A stretch of DNA of 64,000 bases from the human T2T-CHM13v2.0 reference genome, Homo sapiens: assembly GCF_009914755.1 (NCBI RefSeq), contig NC_060937.1; one strand, written 5' to 3'. Position numbers and translations under genes: made by a program. The notes beneath the pieces are model-generated. The model saw only the letters and a list, made by a program, of their open reading frames with translations, was not told the DNA's origin and made no database searches. How positions within the stretch are numbered: the first letter of the stretch is position 1; each line of letters opens with the position of its first letter. Below, piece after piece: positions 56,321 to 64,000 of the stretch.

Positions 56321-59300
56321 AAAGGGAGAGGGAGAATGAGAGATAACCGTGAGCGCCTAAGCAAGGGATTCCTTGCAGCTCCATTACGGGAGATGCCCTT
56401 TTGCTCTAACTCCCTGTAACTTAAGAAGAGGCTGCACAAAGCTCTGATCTCGGGGAGGAGTCTTGGGGTGGAAAGTACAAAAGTCAGTTGTGCCGGGCAA
56501 AAACTGAAGTTGAAATCTTATCCTGCACCCAGCTCTTGTTTTGAATTTCTGAACTTGAGCTAGTGAGTGTTATTTCAGGTTAAGAATAGTTCTGGGAGGG
56601 CGTGGGGTAGTGGGGAGGGTGCAAACTTCTTGCTTGATCCATTTCCACTCTTCAACCTTAAGGACTACCCATTTTAGCTTACAGGATGGTAAGCCCCCAA
56701 ATCAAAACCCTTTCATTTACTCTATGGATTTCCACTTGCTCAGAGGTGTAACAGCTCTGTAGGCTTGGTTTTATCATTAAAAAAGAAAGAAAGAAATCAA
56801 CATTAGCAAAGACTTATTTCATTCACTAAATATTTATTGAGCACCAGACACCGTGCTAGGCAGAAGCCGGTCACGGTTCAGGCAGTTTTATAAAACATTT
56901 TATTTTGTTGGAAGCAATGAATGGCTGCATAACAATACTTAATGTATTTTAAATGCATGCATTACTTCTCCAACTGGCTATAATAGCTTCCCTAGAACTC
57001 ATCTGAGCTGTCCTGTCAATGACGGTTTAAAGACCGTGAATCCTACAGATTATCAACTACTAGGTACTGTCCAGAAGGTGATCATCCGCCCAGAACTTGG
57101 GGCTCTGACCTTTTAAAATACATTCAAAACTATAACCTTTATAGGTCATAATGCTGGAAATGTTGATGCATTCAATGAAGAGCATATTTTGACTACTTTC
57201 ATTTCTATATTGCCTACATTTTAAAAATTTTTTTATTTGCTTGTTCCAAAATTTCCAAAGGCCACATTCTCAGTGTGGTCCATGAGGCAGCATATTTTTC
57301 AATTTTAAAATATTGAATTATGTGCAGACCTCAAAAGAAACAGTAAACGTTTGTTCTGATCTTTGCTTTAAAAACGCCTGGGCCAATTAATTTTTTAGCT
57401 GTTGATTTTTAAAGTAACACTTTCACCGAGAAGGAGGTGGAATGTCAAGAAGCTGAGCCCATTAGGTTTGCATTTTCTCAGTCTGAAAATGCATGCAAAA
57501 CAGCGCATTTGTAAATGCAGACCTGTGACAGTATATGTAAATGGAATATTTAATAAATGCAAAGCCCCTTTAAAATAGTAACCAACAGTCTGACCTGTCA
57601 AATGTGACAAAAATACAGGTTTATGTTTATCCCTCTGTCTTCCCTTATGTCCAGTGAGTTGTATTGAAGTCTTATAATTTTGAAGATAGACTATTAGCAC
57701 AGAAAAACTAAAACAGGCTTCCTACCATTACCCCCTATATTTTCTTGATTTTTTAAAAATTATGTTTTTGTTGTTTAAATGATCATTTCTTCTGGCTTGG
57801 AAATTGGGAAATTGGGTGGTAGGAATCAAGGAGCAGGTTATCAGGAATACTAAAACCTTCCACGGAGAGGTTGCTACTCTGGCTTAATTCTTTTAATAGC
57901 GGGTGTTTTCTTCCCTCTGTTCCTCAATTACATTTTAAAAACAATCATAGGCAGGAGCATATATAAGACATAAATATCACTTTCCCTTGAGTTTTAAAAT
58001 CTGACATTGGGAAATAGAGAATGGCATTAAAGAAGCTGTCCCTTCCAGTGTAACTGTTAGAGTTCATTTAGAGGAACGGGCCCAAATGGCTCTCCTGGTG
58101 AAACACTTCTGAATCAAAAGCTAGTCTGACTGTCAACCACTTGGACCAGGAATCACTTAGGGTTTCCCTCGGGAAAGGACTATGTTGGTAGCATTGATGG
58201 GAAAAGTAGTGACGGGATGGGGGGTGCATATAAGGAGTCCATATGGAGAAGCTGAGGAGCTCTGTGGAGGAAATCCCATGTATCAAAGCTACTAAGAGCT
58301 GAGGAGAGCAGTGGTTATGCACTGGAAACATGTACTGAAAATTAAATGAAGAATCTGTTCAGTGTTAGTTTAGATGAGGGAGTTCTCTTGACCTTTGACA
58401 AGGAGATAGGAAAATCCAGGAGAAGTACATGAAAAAAATGTTTAAGATATGGGTATAAATTATACAAATGCTGGACATAAAGGGTAGGGAAGAGAAAAGA
58501 GATCAGGTATTGGGAGTCATTTATTCATGCATTTGTTCTGCAAATGTTTATTGAGCACCTACTAGCTCTAGCCACTGATCAAACCTTGGGAATGAAGACC
58601 GTTCCTGAATGGAGTTACATTGCATTTATTAAAATTAATGCCTCTCATTGGTTGCTACTGCTAGAGAAGAGAAAGAGTAATTCATAATTTACTAGGTGCT
58701 GACTCAATGCTTTCCTTTAGGACTGCAGTGTCCCTCTGGCCAATGGAATCAGAGATTCCAAATGGCATTTTGTCCATTGAGTCATTCAAATTCAGTTCCC
58801 AAAGGTGGTCCAAACTCACCAACTTTCACATAGTTGAGAGGAAAATTAATATTTTCAAGGACCTACCCCTAGGCTGGGGGTATTTGAAATGTTAGTCCAC
58901 TTAATCCACAAAATGATACCCATGAGGCCGTCATGCTTACTTTATTACAGATGAGGAAACTGCTCTCCCAGCATGAGACTCCATCCAGCTAATGTGTAAA
59001 GTTACCTTACAAACTGCAAGCTGTTATGTAAATGTAAGGTATCTCTGTTAAACTTTAACTCAATTTATTTTTAAATATCAATTCTGACAATGGTGAAGTG
59101 ACAAGACATGACCCTCATTTCATTATTGGCAATGAAATGATTTCTAAGCATCTTCCTCTTACTTTTTTTTCAGGTGAATTAATGTTATAGAGATTGTTCA
59201 AAATAATAATAATTTATCTATCTATAGATGTCTGTCCTGGTATAGGTTCCTGTCTCCAGATGGTCTGTGGGAAGAATTTGTGTTTTCAAGCTAGTATCTC

Positions 59301-59344
59301 TCATCCAGGCTCTGTGCGTGTTATTCTACTATGTTAAAGACTGG

Positions 59345-59640
59345 GGCTGGGGACGGTGGCTCATGCCTGTAATCTCAGCACTTTGGGAGGTGGAGGTGAG
59401 AGGATTGCTTGACCCCAGGAGTTGGAGACCAGTCTGAGCAAGAGAGTGAGAGCTTGTGTCTACAAAAATAAAAAATTACCTGGGTACGGTTGTGAGTGCC
59501 TGTAGTCCCAGCTACTTGGAAGGCTGAGGTAGGAGGATTGCTCGATCTCAGGAGTTTCAGGTTACAGTTAGCTGTGATCATGCCAGTGCACCCCACCCTA
59601 GACAACAGAGCAAGACCTCATCTCAAAAAAAAAAAAAAAA
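59345..59640 (+). mobile_element. AluJ-like
   Basis: Diverged dimer with poly(A). Confidence 0.94.
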
Positions 59641-59941
59641 GGATTTCTTCCAATTAAACATTCTTTTCAAAATAACTCAGTTTGAATGAGAACATCATCT
59701 GAATCATTTCCAGCTACTTACAGATTGCACCTTCTATACAACCCCACAGTTACAAACTAAATTTTCTTTATAATCACTTTCTGCAACTCTCAGAATAGTT
59801 AAGCATTACCTGAATATCAAAGAGCAACCTTGGGACAGAAAGGATTTTAGCTATTTAATTGCCAAACTCTAGAAAAATACAAACAAATCTTTGGAACCCA
59901 GCAAATGATATTGATGCATGGTTTCTCTGCTGGGCACGTCA

Positions 59942-59965
59942 ATTTGCATGCAGTGACGTCACTGC
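59942..59965. promoter_or_regulatory. Octamer abutting an extended CRE palindrome
   Basis: ATTTGCAT (59942-59949) followed immediately by GCAGTGACGTCACTGC (59950-59965). Motifs read directly; function is inferred. Confidence 0.5.
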
Positions 59966-60322
59966 CTAGAGCAAATTAATGATGAGCTCCTTGAGTGAAC
60001 AAACGCTGAGCTTCTTCAAACTTATTCCATTGATACCCTTTTCTGAGGAGGTTGGAATCAACCCAATTGAAAGAATCAACTATGGACATTGCCAGTTTTG
60101 TAAAATGAAGTTTGTCGAGGAGAATCAAATATCTCATAGCTAGTTTGAAAGGAAGGCAGATGTAATCTTGAATGATTCACATACATTTATAAGGTGTTAA
60201 AGGCATGAAAATTAATTTTAAAATATTTTTCTTTTTTGAAGTTTTCTTGCTGATTACATTCCTCCACATGTACTTGCGGTATGAAGTGTCCATAGTAAAA
60301 GTTACTTTGCAGGTTGATCCTT

Positions 60323-60635
<313 letters not shown>

Positions 60636-60744
60636 TAATCAGTGTAGTTGAGCCTTAGTCTAACAAGTCAGTCTGCTTCCAAAACCACATTAATCCTTTC
60701 CAACAGCCATCTGAAGCTAGGAGTTTTCTGTCAACCCAACAATA

Positions 60745-60995
60745 TGTTCTCATGAAAGCCTTTAGTTTGTACAGTGTGTTGCAATTTACAAAGCACATCC
60801 ACAAACATTCTCTTGTTTTGGTCCTTACTATACCTACTACGAAGTTTGAAGGGCTGCTGGTGTTTTCTTCCATTTGCAAGTGGAGACAGAAAGCACCTAA
60901 AATTCAGAGAGATGCCATGACTATTTCGTAGTAAGACAGCTAGGGAGTGCTGGAGCCAGTACATCTCCTCCCAATTCCAGTCATCTCTCCACTAA
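60745..60995 (-). mobile_element. MIR
   Basis: TTTACAAAGCACAT...CCATTTGCAAGTGGAGACAGAAAGCAC...CCCAATTCCAGTCATCTCTCCACTA. Confidence 0.65.
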
Positions 60996-61049
60996 CCACC
61001 CTACCTCTGCAAGGAAATCAGTTGCAGTTCTACATTGAGCTGTCAACAT

Positions 61050-62075
61050 TTCCATTTAAAAGTTCCAAGATCTGCCCGAACATATAAATGGTGGCATTAT
61101 CAAGCTTTACTAACAGAAAGAGAAAAGTTCAACTCTCCATTTCCCCTGAGACCTTTTAAAGTGACCTTTAGTTCTTCAAGTCATCTTTTATTTCTGGCCA
61201 GATAGCGTAATATACAATCAGTGCCTGAAGGAGCCGTGTTTATTTTCAGTCAGCTTAAACGCCTCCTTTTACTCTCTGGGATATTTCAGGTTCATGCCCA
61301 AAAGCTGCTTAGCTGTCCAGCTGTTGGTCTATTGGTCAGTGGGGGTCAGTGAATTATGCTAAAATAGTGCCAGCTTAGCAGAATGTTAAGGAATTATTCA
61401 CAGGAACAAAAATATTTAAAGCCTGGATTCCACTGGGCATATGTATCTGATGTTGGATGTTGATTTTTTTTTTTTACAGTTACTTAAAGAGATTCTCCTT
61501 TTTCCTTTTCTTAAATATGCAACTTTAGCTGGTCTGTCTCCATCAATTTAACACTTTTGAGGAATATCCCATATCCCTGCCATAAGATGATAGACACTGC
61601 TGATCCTGTATCCAGCTGCATCTGTAGCATCTCGGCCTCCACCCGGGGTGTTAACCAGATTATTTTTCTATCACTCTTGCCCACACTGAATATGCTGAAT
61701 ACTGTATCTCTCAACTGGCTAGCCCACTCTCACAGCCTGAGTCTCTATTATCGGCAGCCACAGCATGCATATGTTTATTTAGTTTCCATTCCTTAGGGAA
61801 TCCTCTGTGCTCTTCCTTGAGTAACACAATATTTGGGTTTTCCCTTTTCTGTTACATCTCCTGAAATACTCATCTTTGAATGTATATTCAGAATGGTTAC
61901 AGAAAGCTTTCCCACAACAGTAACATGCCCCTGCCTGCTTTGAATTCTGGCACACAACAATGCAATTATTTTATGCATGCTTGCCTTGTGTCTCCTGGCT
62001 GCTTTTAGTCTCAGTGCATCTCTTGCTGCAGTTTCCATAAGCACAGCGGCTCACAAGCTGTTCTAAAATGTGCAC
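61050..62075 (-). mobile_element. Ancient Ty3/Gypsy LTR-retrotransposon internal fragment (gag end, aspartic protease, RT start); pseudogenised
   Basis: Colinear minus-strand peptides: AVLMETAARDA; double-knuckle spacing CYCCGKAFCNHSEYTFKDEYFRRCNRKGKTQILC (61925-61824); MHAV..SGLAS*EI; IWLTPRVEAEMLQMQLDTGSAVSII (DTG 61612-61604); VTVKKKNQ; VYYAIWPEIKDDLKN (61215-61171); VKLDNATIYMFG. Stops and frameshifts lie between blocks. Confidence 0.85.
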
Positions 62076-63189
62076 CCTTCTTCATTCCAAATCTTGCCCT
62101 GTTCACTTCGGATGTGCATTTTTAGAGCAATCCTTTGGTGAAGCCAATAGTTAACAATTCCTCAGCTGCCAATAATCAGGACAGTTCTGTAAACCATCTT
62201 CTATGAAGTGGCAGATTTATATTTGAACGCTGAATCCTTTAGTATAGACAATAACAGAGGAGCTAAAATGCCATCGAGAATTATGGCTTGGATGTGGCAG
62301 ATGTGCAGTAAACAGATTGGCTTTTGTATAAACAGTGTGTCTCATTACAGGGGCAAACTCAGGATTAAGAAAGACAGGCAGGAACTGGGGGTACCTCCTC
62401 TTAGCCCAAAATACCCCCAAAATGGTGCAATACATCTTTTCTTTCCAATGGAATCTGTAAGATTACAAACTTATTCCAGTGTTGTTTAAAAATAACTATT
62501 CTCTATTCCTATTTGTGTTTTTCAGACCCCTGTAAAATTGTTGTAGGCCCATGCAGGCTCGACTCTATTCACCCTGTTGATTAGGCTCCTTTGAAAGAGA
62601 GGAGTTGATGAGGTAGAGAGCTGAGATATGATTTTGTTGACTTTCTAGCTAAAGTTTCTTAGGAACAAGTGGGGCTTTTGCCAGCTGTGATCTACCCAGG
62701 AGAAGGCAGGACAAAAAATATCTGAAGCACAGGAAGCTTTCTCTGACTAAACACTCCAAACAGGGAACAGGGTTGCCTTCCCCAGCAGCAGATTCCTGCA
62801 AGGAGCTCAGCTTATTCTCTTAATTAGGGATAATTTGTACGTAGGCTTGGGAAGAGGCATGTCAAAGCCTTTGACAAGTCATTTTCAGGATTCCCATGTT
62901 AGAGGCAGAGTAAAGGAGGCACCAAAAGGTCAAGCGATTTGCCTAAGGTCATGGATGAAGTATATCTTTTCATCCGTGTTTTCACAGCACCTGGAACTGC
63001 AGGAACAATGATGTGTTCCCACAGAGCTAGGAGAAGGAGGAGAGGGTAAAAGGAAGAGACTGGTGGACACATTGCTAAGACCAGAGATAAAATAGCCAGG
63101 GCAGCTTGATACCAGAAAAAAGAGGTCCACATACAACCTGCTTTTAAGTGGGCAGTGACTGACTAGTAACCAACCATGTTTACTCAGAG

Positions 63190-63455
63190 AAAGGAAATAA
63201 CAGAATATTCACTGAATTATTCAATATATGTTTTACCAAATGACTGCTATGTAAATGGCATTGAACTAGGCATCTTGTGGAGAAGTGCAAAAAAAATATT
63301 AAATTGGTCTTCTAGGAGCTTTCCACATAAGTGGGAAAACAAGGCATATAAGCATAACCAAATAAGTGTATAGCACCCAACCATGAAGCCCCACTGCTGA
63401 GTGTAATTACTGGGGCATAGTAGATGCTCAATAAATGTTCCCTGAATTAATAGTT
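63190..63455. mobile_element. L2 3'-end fragments
   Basis: ATTCACTGAATTATTCAA...TGACTGCTATGTAAATGGCATTGAACTAGGCA (minus); GGCATAGTAGATGCTCAATAAATGTT (plus). Confidence 0.6.
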
Positions 63456-63584
63456 ATTCACTCACTACCAAGCTTGAAATTAAACTCTGCCAAGGTATTT
63501 TTGTGTTTGATTTGATTGCCTAAAGTTTATATAGGCAGGTTTTAAGGAGAGGTAAAACTGACTTTTAGAGTAAGTTTTAAACAC

Positions 63585-64000
63585 TTTTTTTACCTTTAAT
63601 TTTCAAATAATTTCTGAGATTCAAAAAAGTTGCAAATACACTAAGACAATTCCTATATATCTGTCATCTTCAGATGTTAATATCTTACATAACCACAGAA
63701 CTATTATCAAAGCGAGGAAATGAACATTGTTACAATACTATTAACCTATCCACAGATCTTTTTCAAATTCTACCAGTTGTCCCATGAATAAGATACAATT
63801 CAGGATCACACGTGGCAATTAGTCAGTTAGTAGTCACACTGTCACACTTTCTTACCCCTTTGCAGTCTGGTTCAGGCTTTCCTTTTCTTTCTTGTCCTTG
63901 ATACTTTGAGGACTGGCCTGCTATTTTGTAGAATGCCCCTCAATTTAGATTTGTCTGATGTATCCTTTTAAATAAGTGTGTGTCTTTTTTGGCAAGAATG
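63585..64000 (-). mobile_element. L1MC-like 3' end; runs off the right edge
   Basis: AAATAATTTC...AAAAGTTGCAAA...ACAATACTATTAAC...TATTTTGTAGAATGCCCCTCAATTTAGATTTGTCTGATG. Confidence 0.8.

Noticed and set aside
54958-56339. Long overlapping ORFs in the CpG island (up to 179 aa)
   Set aside because: They occur on both strands and in several frames, are Arg/Gly/Pro/Ala-rich with no recognisable domain, and are expected from stop-codon scarcity in GC-rich DNA.
62855-62895. KAFDKS reading frame resembling the CR1 RT motif KAFDKV
   Set aside because: Too short; flanking motifs are not recoverable.

Overview
This is primate non-coding genomic DNA, very probably human or another ape (AluY and an L1PA3-like 3' end are present). 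I can support no protein-coding gene, tRNA, rRNA or CRISPR array; most ORFs in the track are translations of Alu, L1, L2 or LTR repeats, or GC-rich chance frames. A large share of the window is interspersed repeat: 17 Alu insertions, L1PA/L1M pieces, L2, MIR, CR1/L3, THE1, MLT1 and LTR16 LTRs, and hAT-family DNA elements, several nested with visible target-site duplications (TSDs). The most distinctive items are: (1) a decayed, colinear Ty3/Gypsy gag-knuckle/protease/RT-start fossil on the minus strand at ~61050-62075 with an intact LDTGSAVSII motif; (2) a ~1.3 kb CpG island at ~55050-56320 with no recognisable coding exon, in a repeat-poor zone flanked by enhancer-like blocks; (3) splice-signal arrangements suggesting non-coding exons, including a 6-nt microexon-like site and a thrice-seen CTTACAG-N2-5-GGTAAG motif; (4) an octamer fused to a 16-bp CRE palindrome. 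Repeat subfamily names come from remembered consensus sequences and old-repeat boundaries are approximate. I could not identify the locus, and no new biological system is established from sequence alone.
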